Positions 10,931 through 23,334 of a DNA stretch of 64,000 nucleotides are shown here, piece by piece (positions within the stretch are counted from its first letter, which is position 1; each line of letters opens with the position of its first letter). Origin of the DNA: Zootoca vivipara (lineage: Eukaryota); the NCBI RefSeq assembly GCF_963506605.1, contig NC_083280.1:10168001-10232000 (forward strand). Direction: 5' to 3'. A program made the translations under genes and the position numbers. Below the pieces are notes generated by a model. It searched no databases and was not told where the DNA came from. It worked only from the letters and a program-made list of their open reading frames with translations.

Positions 10931-13737
10931 TACTTTATGGATGGTGCTTATAGAAGTGCCCTCCAGCACTAGTCATTTTTAAGACCTTGCAGAGCAGTCT
11001 TATAAGTGAGCTCCATTCAGTTCAGTGGCACAAACTCCCAAGTAAGTGGGGTATAGGACTGCAACCTCAACCTTGGCTGCCCAGGCTACTGATCTGAAAC
11101 AGTCCCATCAGAGAAGCTAACCTCATGATGGTAATTTCCCTGGCCTATCACCCAGGAAAGCTTCAGTGTGCAAACCACTGGTGAGATGATTTGTAGAATG
11201 AAATAAAGGAAATACCACACCCATCATGCACCTCAAAAGTAAGGTAGACACAGCAGAGACCCTGTACCCCATCCTTGAGGAGCTCATCTTTTTTTCTCTC
11301 TCCCTTTCCCTAATTTTTGAATGCAATTTCTTGTCTCATTAGTTGATGGAGAATGGTGAAATAAAATTTCAGGATGAATTTTCAACACGCCACTGTTCAA
11401 AACCGTACTGAGCGATTTTGCTGCTGTTATCAGAATTCTTCCTCCTCCCCTTGAAACTCCTCAAATGTTCCACCTGAACAGGAATTGCTTGCATTCACCT
11501 CAAAATTTCATTTCAATTGCAATATGGCTGCGAGCAACTTTATTTCATACCTAGGCATGAAATGAACCACTGGAGTCCTCTGGCAACCCAAATCCACACA
11601 ATTAAATGTCAAACTGTGGATTTGTGGCAAAAAGAAGCTCACAAAAAGGCAAGGTTTCCATCCCACCTCCAGATAGAAGCACTCCTTTAAAGCACATGTC
11701 CTGAAAACAAAATCATTTAACCAAAGTTTGATGTAATCAACGAAATCACTTCACTTTTTGAAAAATTGTTTTTCTTGTGCATAAGGCTGTGTCTTTCAAA
11801 TAATCCACAAGCAAATAGCTCTATTCCGTAGATGAGAAATTATAAAAGACCATGTAATCAGCTGACAAAGGCACTAAAAACAACTCCAGAGGAAACGCTT
11901 AGCTGTTCTTACAAAGTCACAATGCTCTGTTCTGTTTTCTCCGCCTACTCTTTAAGTGTACACTCCTGACATTTCTTGCCTCACAACTGGACTTTATGAA
12001 TGAGACCCGGGGGATGTTTTCTGGTAAAGAATCATAAAGGGAAGGAATTACAGTATTACTGAGGAGTGAGCTGGTTTTCCAGTTGCTACCCAGATCTGAA
12101 TGAGTAAGAAGAGCGTTGGTTTTCTCCCAGTGGCAACAAATGCATGAATCAGTTTTCTAACGCTGAATTGTTACAGAAAGCTCGGATGAGCCAGCTAGCT
12201 AAGCTGAAGGAGCTATCAACACCCAAAATAAATGGCAGTGTTATATTTAGCTTTGATGGTTTTTCTGAAGTCCTGTTATGTGCAGCTGAAGGTTTGGGAA
12301 TTTATCCAAAGTCTATAGAAGCTACTTCAGGCCCAACAATTGATCTGGGAAGATGACAAAATAGGCAGCCTTTGGTTTCCACTTCCAGGTTTGCCAAAGC
12401 GGCTGCAACAATCTGCCCTGGTCTATTTGTATTTATGTGAGTGCACACGAAGTTTTAAATGTCCCCCTTTTCTTAACCATGTAGCTGCACATATATGAGC
12501 ATAAAGCAAAATCACATCCTATTTTTTTAAGATGTTTGTTCAAGTATAGCACTTTTTTATTTTGAAAAATGTCTACAAACTACATAATAAAAACAAACCC
12601 TTGCATCAATGTACATAAAACAAAATAAAATTACCCATAGCACAGATCAGAAAACAAGCATACGTAGCTAAATTAACCATGTGGATAGGCTTTGCTGAAA
12701 TGAGAAGAAACGCTTTAAAGTAGGTATTCTAAAGCAACATTACATGCCAAGGGTAGGTTCTCTGGCGGTGTGAATACTTGGACAATATTCAAGCTTCAGC
12801 AGCATCATTTGTCACCATCTGATCTATAGCAGTCAGTATTTTGTGATATTGTCGAGTACTGACTGCTACATATGAGATGGCATATGAGATCAAATGTTGA
12901 CAGTATCTGACAGAAGAAGGGCATTCTGAATCAGCAGCTAGCTGCTCTGAACCAGTAGCTAGCACACTAGACTTTGTCTGTACATCTGTACGTTTGTTCA
13001 TTCGTAGAAACCAGTAAAAAGAGATTTGGGCTTTTCATGTTAAATTTCAGTTCAAAATTTCTGACATCAAAAATCTGGATTTCAAAATCTGGAAAATGCA
13101 TCTGATTTTTAAGTTTGACAACAACAACAAAATCATTACAGCTACCCTCTGTTGTGTAAACCAGCCCTCGGGGGACCAATTTGAGTCACCCTGAATCTAT
13201 TTTGTGTAGCTGTTTAAATGATGAATTTGGGAGGGGGGGTTCCTAATTTGAATTCTAAAGATTCTCAAAGAAGGGGGGGGGACCTTACCAAAGATTTCTT
13301 CTACAAATCTTCTCAACGGGGGACACCTTGGGGGAATTTGCCCAACACACAAAAGATCTCCCACAGTTAAGGAAATCATGCAAATTATTTCTTCTTTTTC
13401 ACCTCTGTGTGCTGACCTTTTGACCCTCAAACAGAGCACATCTTTGCAAAGCTGCTCTTGTAGATTTACTTATGCTGACGTATTGGTAAAGAGTGGCAAT
13501 GAAAAAGAGAAAGGGGAGACAGGCACAAAATGCAGTGTGAACATATTATTTCTGGGGGAAATGTGGGAAGACCTAGGAGAAGGTCTCGCACTCTACACAG
13601 GCATGGGTAATTTGCAGGCAAGTAGCCAGGAGATGAGAAGGATAGGGGATGGGTATAATCTGTTCTGAGTAATGGCCACTGTACAGTGAAGCCGAAGAAG
13701 GAAGAGGGTTGTGCTGATTCCTGTGCTCAAACAGGGA

Positions 13738-13905
13738 AGGGTTGGAGCTTGGTGGTAGAGCAACTGCTTTGTATGCAGAAGGTTCCAGGTTCAATCCTGA
13801 GCATCTCCAGGCAGGGCTGGGAGTTACTTACACCAGACAACCCTGCTGTCAATCAGTGTGTAGACAATGGCCTGACTTGTGTAAGTCCTACATCGCTATG
13901 CCCTT
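13738..13905 (+). mobile_element. tRNA-derived squamate SINE, degenerate
   Basis: A/B-box-like GCTTGGTGGTAGAGCA...AGGTTCAATCCTG followed by CAGTGTGTAGACAAT. Related pieces at ~4080-4220, 18840-18975, 24240-24400 (minus), 34080-34200 (minus) and 43050-43200. Confidence 0.65.
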
Positions 13906-14844
13906 AGGAGAATGGATCATGCCCATCAAATATTGCCATCTGTGAAAACTCTCCCAGACTTGCAAACTGAAAGTGTTCCTAGTGCCATTGCTCTCTGGCT
14001 TTACAATAATCCCACAAACTTGCTGGATCACTTTGGCAGTGACGAAAGAGAGGGTAATAGGATCTGGGTTGGCCCTGGTGGTTTGATCACGGCTTCTGCA
14101 GCTACCGTTGGTGACTCGCTCAAAGACTGTGCAGCAGTAACAAAGAGGATAGGAAACTGAAGGGGAACTCTCCGAAAAGCAAGGAATATTCAGAAGGGCA
14201 GTTTTTATTCTAAAAAAAATCAGGAGAAGTTCTCCTGCCATATCACTGCCTTTCTGCTACCTTCCTCTGATGTGCTATTCATCAACACTGTGTACACATG
14301 TAGGCGTGCATGTTTAGCCTGTTCCTAGTCCACAAATACCTGCCTTTGCACCTGGATGCCTTCAGAGAAGCAGGTGAACCCTTTCCAAATATTTGGCACA
14401 GAAGTTAAGCTTATCGTGGATATCATCATGACCCTGAGTATGTGTTCAAACACTGAGGCTTTGGGTGTCTCCACAGTGATGTGCAACTCAGCGTGCTGAG
14501 GAAGACCCAGCCATAATCAAGAACCAAGCAAAGCCCTGTCGTCGCAACGTGTTTAATGAAAATGATCCCATGCCCAAGTATAAGATACGTAGGCTCTGAA
14601 GATGCAAGATGACCATTCCTTAAATCTGGCATGAATTAGGCATTACAAGAATAAATCAGTTGGCCTTTGGAATCCACGGCAACAGCCAAATTGGTGGTTA
14701 GAGAAGCAGAGCTGGACTGAGAAGACCTGTTGTCAAGTCCCTGCTCAAGTAGAAAATGCCAGGGCCAGCTCAATTATTGGGTAGAATAAATCAGTGCCTC
14801 AAGCAGTTGATACTGGCACCCTTAAATATTCTGTGTTATTTAAT

Positions 14845-14945
14845 TCAATTTATATGTGTGTGTGTTGGAAGCCACCCAGAGTGGCTGGGGCAACCCAGTC
14901 AGATGGGAGGCATTTAAATAATAAATTGTTGTTGTTGTTGTTTGT
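14845..14945 (+). mobile_element. L2 LINE 3' terminus
   Basis: GGAAGCCACCCAGAGTGGCTGGGGCAACCCAGTCAGATGGG...AAATAATAAATT tail, shared with 23335, 46963 and 59465. Confidence 0.75.
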
Positions 14946-15740
14946 ATACATGCACACACTTGCACGCAAACACACATTTGGGTGTGCATGCAGAGACAAC
15001 TCAATATATTTTCATGCTTTAGGCAGACTGTTCAAATGGCATCCCACTTCTTCATATTGGTGATATTAAAACCCTATTCCAGGGATGTGGACTCTCAAGC
15101 CTGGGGTTGAAATGCGGCCCTCTGTGTCTCTCCACCTGGCCCTTGGAATGCTTCCCAAGCCACATGCCTCCGTGGCCCTGTTTCACAGCCCAAATGGTGT
15201 TGTCTGGCTGAAATTTATCCTTGCCTGGATGGAAGCTTTGGGGAGGAAGGGGGTGCATGAGCACGTGTAGAAACTAGCCTATACTACAAAAGTGAAATTT
15301 GCATTCATTGCTCCTCCTATTTTTGCCTCTTGCCCTGCCTGCCTCTGGCTTGTGGCCCCTGGAAGGTTGCTCAGAAGGGAATACGGACCCATTCAGTCAC
15401 TCATTCCCTCCTCACATTACCACTGCTTACTGCCCCTGACCCACCTCTCGTCGCCCTCTCTGCTCTTCACACGTTAGAGGAGCTCTGGAGCTCTGCTGCC
15501 TTCATCCAGTAGACAATACTGAGCAAGGTGGACCCACAGCCTGTTGCGGGAGACAGAGAACTTCCTCTGCTTGTACCATTGTTCCAGTTCTGAAGTTGAT
15601 GTGACAGCTATTCATTCATTCGTTCATTCATTCATTCATTTAATGAAATTTATATGCCACAAGTTTGGGGGGGGGGACCTCAGGGTAGTTCCTAAAGTGG
15701 CTTCATGTTCTTAAAGCAGTAAAAATATGTTTGGGTTCAA

Positions 15741-15872
15741 NNNNNNNNNNNNNNNNNNNNNNNNNNNNNNNNNNNNNNNNNNNNNNNNNNNNNNNNNNNN
15801 NNNNNNNNNNNNNNNNNNNNNNNNNNNNNNNNNNNNNNNNNNNNNNNNNNNNNNNNNNNNNNNNNNNNNNNN
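15741..15872. other. Assembly gap (N run)
   Basis: 132 N, abutting the 3' tail of the BovB copy. Confidence 1.
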
Positions 15873-16240
15873 GTTTAGTTGTGTCCGACTCTTCGTGACC
15901 CCATGGACCCCATGGACCAGAGCACGCCAGGCACTCCTGTCTTCCACTGCCTCCCACAGTTTGGTCAGACTCATGTTCGTAGCTTCGAGAACACTGTCCA
16001 ACCATCTTGTCCTCTGTCGTCCCCTTCTCCTTGTGCCCTCAATCTTTCCCAACATCAGGGTCTTTTCCAAGGATTCTTCTCTTCTCATGAGGTGGCCAAA
16101 GTATTGGAGCCTCAGCTTCACGATTTGTCCTTCCAGTGAGCACTCAGGGCTGATTTCATTCAGAATGGATAGGTTTGATATTCTTGCAGTCCATGGGACT
16201 CTCAAGAGTCTCCTCTAGCACCATAATTCAAAAGCACCAA
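15873..16240 (-). mobile_element. RTE-BovB LINE 3' fragment (5'-truncated)
   Basis: ORF 15711-16205(-) reads RVPWTAR.SN.SIL.EISPECSLEG..LRLQYFGHLMRR..SLEKTLMLGKIEG.RRRGRQR.RWLD, the BovB/RTE ORF2 C-terminus. Confidence 0.95.
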
Positions 16241-17406
16241 TATATATATATATATTCACATTTCCCCCCCCAAAAAAAATTTAAATTTATTTGTTTGTTT
16301 CGGGGGGGATGAGTTGGGGTTTTTGCTTGCATAGCTTCAGAATGCCTGGAAATTCTACCTCTCCAAGTTCTGAGGCCAGTCCTGGGTAGTTCACTACCCT
16401 CCCTAGTGCCAGGCTTGCAACTAGACTGGTTGGCAACTTCAGCCTGTGATAGCTCCAACAAAGCAGGGCAATGGTCAGGGGTAATGGGAGTGGTGGCCCA
16501 AAATATCTGGTTGAGGAAGGCTGGCCTATGAGGGTCCTTGATCTAGTCTTGGAGCCCCTTCTATGGTTGTGCTCAGACCTGACATGTCTGAAGTCCATTT
16601 CACGAGGTCTTCTTCATCCATCCAAAATTAGGCAGTGCATTGTTATTTCATCCATTTATATGCCTTTTGATTGCCTCTTTGCCGTTTATGAGAAATGTTA
16701 ACATTAACGATAAAAACCAGTTCAAAACAATGAGAAGCATTTAGAAATAATTAAAATTAACAGCAAAAGTGATTGAAACCATGTCAACACCTCCATATCT
16801 GGATAGCCTTGCCAAAGCAAAAACGTTTCAAGCAGACGCCACAAAGGCACTCAATAGGCAGGGAGTTCCAAGGTTTAGGGGTCATTTGAAGAAAAGGTTG
16901 AGTCTGTACAGCTGCAGAACGCACAGCTCCTGTAACAGGGCTATTTCCTCAGACCCAAGCAGTCAAATGGGCACATATGGAATTAGGCAATGTTTGCTCA
17001 GAAAAATGTCCAAATACTCCCAATAAATGTATGCACAGTTACAGGTTTAGCATATAGAAGTCATTCAAGTCACCCTGCAGGTATCTGTTTTTTTTTAATT
17101 TTTATTAACATTTGAAAAAGAAGACAAAGATTAATATAAGAAAACTTTTTCTCAAGGTTAGAGAAAAACACAGGACAACCCACCACCACCACCCCAAAAA
17201 AAGAGAGAAGAAAAATAAGAACCCTACAGGTATCTCAAGGGAGTTCCCCTGTGTGCTCTTGCTCTCTTCTTGTGAATATAATTGTGGGCCAGGTGGTACA
17301 AGTTCCTCAGAAATTGGGGGATCATTATATACCTCTCCAGAGTTCAAGTGTTGGGGGGGGGGATGGCTTCAGGTAGCACCTGAAAGGGGTAGGAGATGAG
17401 CTGAAA

Positions 17407-17553
17407 CTGACCCCCCCCCAATACTTGGCGGTGTAATCATTTTATAGTTATATTTTATTTATGTATCAGAAATGTGTATGTGTGTTTTATGTTTCTGATT
17501 TATTTTTCTTTCTGTGGGCTTTTAGCCGAAATAAAGATCTATCTATATCTATC
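17407..17553 (+). mobile_element. 5'-truncated non-LTR retroelement 3' end with (TCTA)n tail, possibly RTE-X-like
   Basis: Perfect 10-bp TSD TGAGCTGAAA (17397-17406, 17554-17563); GGCTTTTAGCC hairpin, AATAAA, then an ATCT-repeat tail. Confidence 0.75.
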
Positions 17554-17669
17554 TGAGCTGAAAGATTACACATCAAAAGTTGGATGCCTTTCGTACAGCA
17601 AATGGTTGAAATTATATGTTGTTAGATGTCAAGTGTGAAATGTTTTTTTGTTTGGCTATCCTTTAGGAA

Positions 17670-17752
17670 AAGGAAGGAAGGAAGGAAGGAAGGAAGGAAG
17701 GAAGGAAGGAAGGAAGGAAGGAAGGAAGGAAGGAAGGAAGGAAGGAAGGAAG
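17670..17752. repeat. (GGAA)n microsatellite
   Basis: About 20 perfect units; a shorter tract lies at 22472-22514. Confidence 0.98.
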
Positions 17753-18428
17753 ACACCTCCCCTACAAAAGTCAGGCTGGGATCAATAAAAAGCACTCTTT
17801 TCTTTTTTTGTAACCAGCCTGTTCATATCTTGTTTAGTTTGAGGTCAGTGACCAGAGGCATCTGACCTACAGAAGTTAATTCTACAGAACAATAGGCAAG
17901 AGTTTCCGAGGCCTTATCCTATTACCTTTTGATACCAAATTAATTGTGTTTTTTCCACTCTCACAATGATTCCCTGACCCTCTCAGCTATGTGTGCTGCT
18001 GGCAAAGAATGGCAGATTAAATTTAAGTGGGGAGAGAGAGATCAGTTTTTCATCTGCTGGAGTTCCTTTATTATTAAAGGGATCTGGAAACCAGCTATTA
18101 ATAGCAGGAATCTAGGCTTGAGCAATAGGCTCTGGCGCAGCTATCAGAATTATAAGGATCTCCCGTCTATTTTAAAAATAAATGAACTTAAGTTTTGTCT
18201 GGACTATAAACCTGAATTGGTCCTGGCTTCCCCTGCCAGGGATCCTGGGGGCTAAAGTTCCATTTCACACATGCACAGTTGGGGTAGCAGGATCAATGTT
18301 AGGCCAAAGAGATCAGATCTCATGAAGGACTAAAGTGAGGGGGGGGGAGAAAGAGAGAGAGGAGCAACGGAGGAGAGTTGAGCAAGATCTGGGCTCCACC
18401 CCTTCCTTGTTTAGTCTTTCACCATGTA

Positions 18429-18655
18429 CAGTGGTACCTCTACTTACGAATGTTTCTACTTACGAATGGAGCTCCGTCCACCATCTTGGATGCAGTTTAG
18501 ATAGGATTTTTTCTACTTACGAATTTTTAGATAGAGTTGCTTCTACTTACCAATTTTTTCTCCCAATGCATTCCTATGGGATTCGACTTACAATTTTTTT
18601 CGACTTACAAATGTGTGTTTGGAACGCATTAAATTCGTAAGTAGAGGTACCACTG
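18429..18655. mobile_element. Tc1/mariner (Tigger-like) MITE, family B
   Basis: TIR CAGTGGTACCTCTACTTACGAAT / ATTCGTAAGTAGAGGTACCACTG, TA TSD; internal (T/G)ACTTAC repeats. Confidence 0.9.
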
Positions 18656-18981
18656 TACTAAATTTTAGACTGGGCCTGTCTTTGTAGCTTTGTATAGAAT
18701 CTAGCTTGATAAAACAATTTGTTTGTGCTTATGTTTTCATTGACATCCCATCTTGCCACCTGTCAGATCAGGATCTTCAAGCCAGCTTGCAGGAGAAGCA
18801 CATCATATCACACCAGTATGGATAACTACCCTGACCCCAAGTTCAGTCCCTCACTTCTCCTGGTAGGACTGGGAAAGGTTTGTATCTGAAACCCTGGGGA
18901 GCTTCTACCAATCGGTGTAGACAATATCAAGCTAGATGGGTTGATGGGATGGCTTGATAGAAGGAAGCTTCCTGTGTTCCT

Positions 18982-19071
18982 CATAGCTGCCAAGTTATCC
19001 CTTTTTTACAGGGATTTCCCCTTATGCTGAATAGGCTTCCTCGCAAGAAAAGGGAAAACTTGGCAGCCATG
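18982..19071. mobile_element. 90-bp hAT MITE
   Basis: TIR CATAGCTGCCAAGTT / AACTTGGCAGCCATG; perfect TSD GTGTTCCT (18974-18981, 19072-19079). Confidence 0.92.
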
Positions 19072-21097
19072 GTGTTCCTATGAATGGCATCATCTTTTAT
19101 CAAAGCGGTCCTGAATCTTGAAGGACTGTCCTCTGGACTGTGCAGCATGCAGGTGCTCTCTAGGAGAATATAGAAACAAAGAGGGACGGTGCTTCCACAC
19201 AGCAGCTTATTGTGAACTTAGTGCTGCTCAGGCGTGCATGCATCTTCATTAATTAATTAATTAATTAATTAAAATTCATACACCACTTGATTGTAAAAAA
19301 AAAGCCCACTAAAAACCAAAAAGCTCAGAGCCGTTCACACATGACAGCAACTTCCTTGGAATGCCATCTCGTTATTCCCCCATGTAATCTGGATTTACCA
19401 GTTCTGTAGAAAATCCATTTTTTTAATTAAAAAAAACAGAATCAGTAAATCTCCATTACAAGGTGGGATAGGGAGGGAAATAGGGCAGCATTTTGAGGAG
19501 GATGGTGAGGTGCAAGTGCTACATTATCATCCCGGAGTCCACAATAAACTGCCATGCAGAAGCACCCCTACCATAGAATCCTAAACAGTTTTGCCAGATC
19601 CGATGGGCTTTATTCCCTAATAAGTGTGTTTAGTGTTGCAACCTTTGGTCAGTCAGTTAATCAGCTGTGACATTAACTTCTTGCAACAGTTAAAGAGGAG
19701 TCCTACAGAAGATTGCTGATGTGGCTTTTTTTCCTTGAAAGGTCAGAATGCAAGGCGACTGCTTGGGCACCTTGGAGGAGAATGGCCTCCAGTCTTTGTG
19801 TCTTCCTGATACAGAGTCCTAGATCTAAATTGCTACTTTGTGGCATTTGCTGCCTTTGATCCATTTGTGCAGCTCTCCGTTTTCTCTATGAAGTTGTTAC
19901 GACCTCCCTTTCCGAGGCCTGGAGAAGCTCTGGCCTATTGCTGGTTACCTCTGCAGAGTCGCCCTTCTGGGCAAAACAATAGCTTTCTTTATAGCATGAT
20001 TGAGTCCAGAAATGTCTTTAAACTCCAGGCAATCAAATGTAAGCTAGTATCCCTGCTTTAAGAAAATAAAATAAAACTTAAAACCAGATACAAATGAAAA
20101 GGCAGAAGTTCAATGGGCAAAGGATTCTTGTGTGCCCACAATGTGGTACGAGCTGTGATGATGCTCTGGCAGAAACACACGTGATTAAAAGGCTACGTGT
20201 GCTGGAATGAAACAAGGAAGTCTTTAACTCACAGGAAGGCTTTTCAAATCTTTTCTTCAATGCCTCCAGAGATTTAGGCTTCCCCTGATTTCTCACTGCG
20301 GAGGACAGTTCGAGCCTTGGTCATACCTTGAAAGACTTTAAACAGCTTGATGCTTGTACTTTGCTACAGGATCTAACAGCAAAGCCATGTGTCTAGGTAT
20401 TTTAAACCACAAGCTGGAGTCTACAGAAGGTTGTTCAAGGAGTCTCAGATGGTGTGGATAAAGGTATTTCAGGGTCATTGTAAACCCTATATACTGAGGC
20501 CATACCTTTAAAGTCGATGATGGATTTAATTGAAAGCAGAGGGCTCAGAAAGGCAGCCAGGGAGCAATGGGGGCGATTTATTTTAAACTGCGTCAGACGT
20601 CATGCCACTGAATGTCAAAGGAGATGCCGTGCTAATAAAATGGCACTGGACAAGCCAGCCAGAAAGACTGAGGAACAACTCAGATGGAAAAGCCTGCGGA
20701 CAGGCATTTTGGGGTGGTCTTAAGGGTGGTGGGAGAAATTTAATTCAGTTTGCATTTAAAGGCAAATCTGCAACCGATAATTTCCATTTCTGGAAATTTC
20801 CACCCGTAATTTCCCTCCTTAGAAATTCGCACTTCTCCAAATTTTGCAATGGTGTTCTCCAACCAAATAAAGCATTTACTGGAGAAAGTGTGCATAAGCA
20901 AATATATAATTTGTGGGATTCAGTTCCGACAGAGATCATTACAGGGTTTTTGGCAAATGCTGATGATCAACCTGTTCGCTCTGGCGTTTGAGACTTGAGA
21001 TGTCACCTTGTTTTTTTCAGTTGTAAGTTATCTTAAGCTGTTTTTAGTACGGTGTGATACTGTGTTTTAATTGTTGCAACCCGCCCTGAGACCTTAG

Positions 21098-21240
21098 NNN
21101 NNNNNNNNNNNNNNNNNNNNNNNNNNNNNNNNNNNNNNNNNNNNNNNNNNNNNNNNNNNNNNNNNNNNNNNNNNNNNNNNNNNNNNNNNNNNNNNNNNNN
21201 NNNNNNNNNNNNNNNNNNNNNNNNNNNNNNNNNNNNNNNN
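21098..21240. other. Assembly gap (N run)
   Basis: 143 N, directly after an L2-like 3' end (...GCAACCCGCCCTGAGACC). Confidence 1.
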
Positions 21241-21557
21241 TAGAGGAAATTGTTTACAAATCTATGCATATTGGAGAAAATTGCATACTAACACATGTAT
21301 ATTAGCAGAAAATGCTGACAACCTTCCATGAAGATCTTTTTTTAAAAAACAGCAAACTTATAGGGAAATGTGTAAAACAAGAAACTTCCACACAGACTTC
21401 AGAAAATGATAGAAAAGGTATGCATAAATGTACATCAGATACAATGATGGTTATCAAGTCTTCCAGTTGCTCACAAGGGCTGTAGGGAAAGCTCCATCCA
21501 GCTCTATCACTAAGAAATGGGAGCAGGTACTTTGAGAATGCAGCTGAGCAATTGTTA

Positions 21558-21796
21558 CCCTGTTTCTCCGAAAATAAGACGTAGCCATAAAATAAGCCGT
21601 AGCAGGATTTTTAAGCATTCAAGGAATATAAGCCATACCCCGAAAATAAGACATAGTGATGGGTGCAGTAGCAATGCCGGCCATGGCAGGAGGAGGAGGA
21701 AAAAAATAAGACATCCCCTGAAAATAAGCCATAGTGTGGGGTTTTTTTGGAGGAAAAATAAATATAAGACGGTGTCTTATTTTCGGAGAAACATGG
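21558..21796. mobile_element. Tc1/mariner (pogo-like) MITE, family C
   Basis: TIR CCCTGTTTCTCCGAAAATAAGAC / GTCTTATTTTCGGAGAAACATGG, TA TSD; multiple internal AAATAAG(A/C)C repeats. Confidence 0.9.
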
Positions 21797-22184
21797 TACC
21801 TGCCCACCAGCACTTTGCCTCTGCTATCTTGCTGGGACTACAACGCCCCACCTTTCCTCCCATAATTTTAGGATTGCCACGAACCTCGGATCAATGAGAG
21901 CCTCTGATGGGGCAGGTCTGGTGGTTCCCCAGGTCCCTGAAGTTCGGCTGACCTTAACTAGGGACCAAAAGCGACACTCCCCGTTCACAGTTCCCAGCAG
22001 GTGGTAGACAAGAGGCACACTGCCTCTGATCCAGGAAAGAGAGGCAACATAAAACAAAAATAGCCCTGCTGGATGAGCCCAAAGGCTTCCCCCCCCCCCA
22101 TATATGCCCACTCAGCTTCTTCGATCTGTCGAACTGGCACTGGTACAGGCACCACATAGTACTTGTTCCACATATGTAAGAAAT

Positions 22185-22466
22185 TTATCTTTTAGTGTGG
22201 CAGCACACTTTGGAACTCCCTGCCTATTGAGACCAGGCAGGTACCTTCATTGTACTCTTTTCAGCACCCACTAAAAACATTTTAGGCAAGCCTATCTAAA
22301 CATGTAGAATGCTGGCATGTGTTTTTCAGTTTCAATTCATTCTTTGAACATTTTGAATAGCTGTTCTTAACTGTGTTTTTACTGATAATTTTTTAAAAAT
22401 CTTTTCGTAAACTGCTTTGAGGTTGTATTACAATCAAGTGTTATATAAATCTTGTAAAATAAAAAG
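22185..22466 (+). mobile_element. L2-like LINE 3' fragment
   Basis: TTTTAGTGTGGCAGCACACTTTGGAACTCCCTGCC (FSV.A..LWNSLP-like motif), T-rich UTR, GTAAACTGCTTTGAG...TATATAAAT end. Confidence 0.6.
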
Positions 22467-23334
22467 ATTTTGAAGGAAGGAAGGAAGGAAGGAAGGAAGG
22501 AAGGAAGGAAGGAAAGACTCTCTAGTGCGTCCCGACTGAATTAATTTATTGAAACATTTGATACCAAGGAGGCAAAATCAACTTAGGTCCCAAGTGGCTT
22601 GCAGACCTCAGCCTAAATAACCCCCCACGAAGGAAGGTAGTTTTGTTTTGTTTTGTTTTTAAAGCAAGTTCTTCTGACGGTATCTGTAGGGAATAAATCA
22701 CCAACGATTTCTCTTTGGCTGCGAACAGTATATGTTTCCCTTATCCATCGAAACGTTTCTTTCTAACGCATTAGATCCTTGCTCTTTCTTCCGCGAAAGA
22801 AAACGTTGCCTTGCAAAATGTTTAATATGTTATCAGCCTTTAGAAGAGAGTGACGGGGGGGGGTGGTGGTGGGGAGCCCAGCAAACTGATGGGAAAGGAG
22901 CCCAGTGGCTCTTGGGTTACGTTCTCTAAGTCCTGCACTCTGTTCTGTTTGGGGCCTTTGTTCGGAGTCAATCACCCATTGAAAAGCAAGCCCTTCAGCT
23001 TATTATGCATTCTGTGTCTGAGGTGACCAGAACTATTTCCTGCATCTGGCTCTGGGTGCTAATTACCAGCTCAGGCACCTTGCAAATACCTCTGAAAACC
23101 TGTCACCCAGGAGGAAGAAGCTACCTTTTCAGGCTTACACACTTATTACCTGCTCTCTTTTCAACTTCCTAAGTTTGAGCTGTCTAAAGACAGCATTTTT
23201 GTGTTGTTTGCAAGTGACTCTCTCTTTTTTTCCTCTCTCTCCTCCATTCTGTCTCCCGCCCCCCAACCCTGCAGAGTGCTTTTCTTACCAGCCACACTGG
23301 TTGGTAGGCAAAAGAGAACTCTGTATTTTAGAAT

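Noticed and set aside
13846-13855. Second PBX-MEIS decamer CTGTCAATCA
   Set aside because: Lies within a decayed SINE with no supporting motif context.
15711-16205. BovB-like ORF as a functional CDS
   Set aside because: Only the C-terminal tip of ORF2 in a 5'-truncated insertion; no RT or endonuclease domain.
21558-21796. CRISPR-like or iteron array of AAATAAG repeats
   Set aside because: Eukaryotic context, irregular spacing, and enclosed by TIRs with a TA TSD; these are MITE subterminal repeats.
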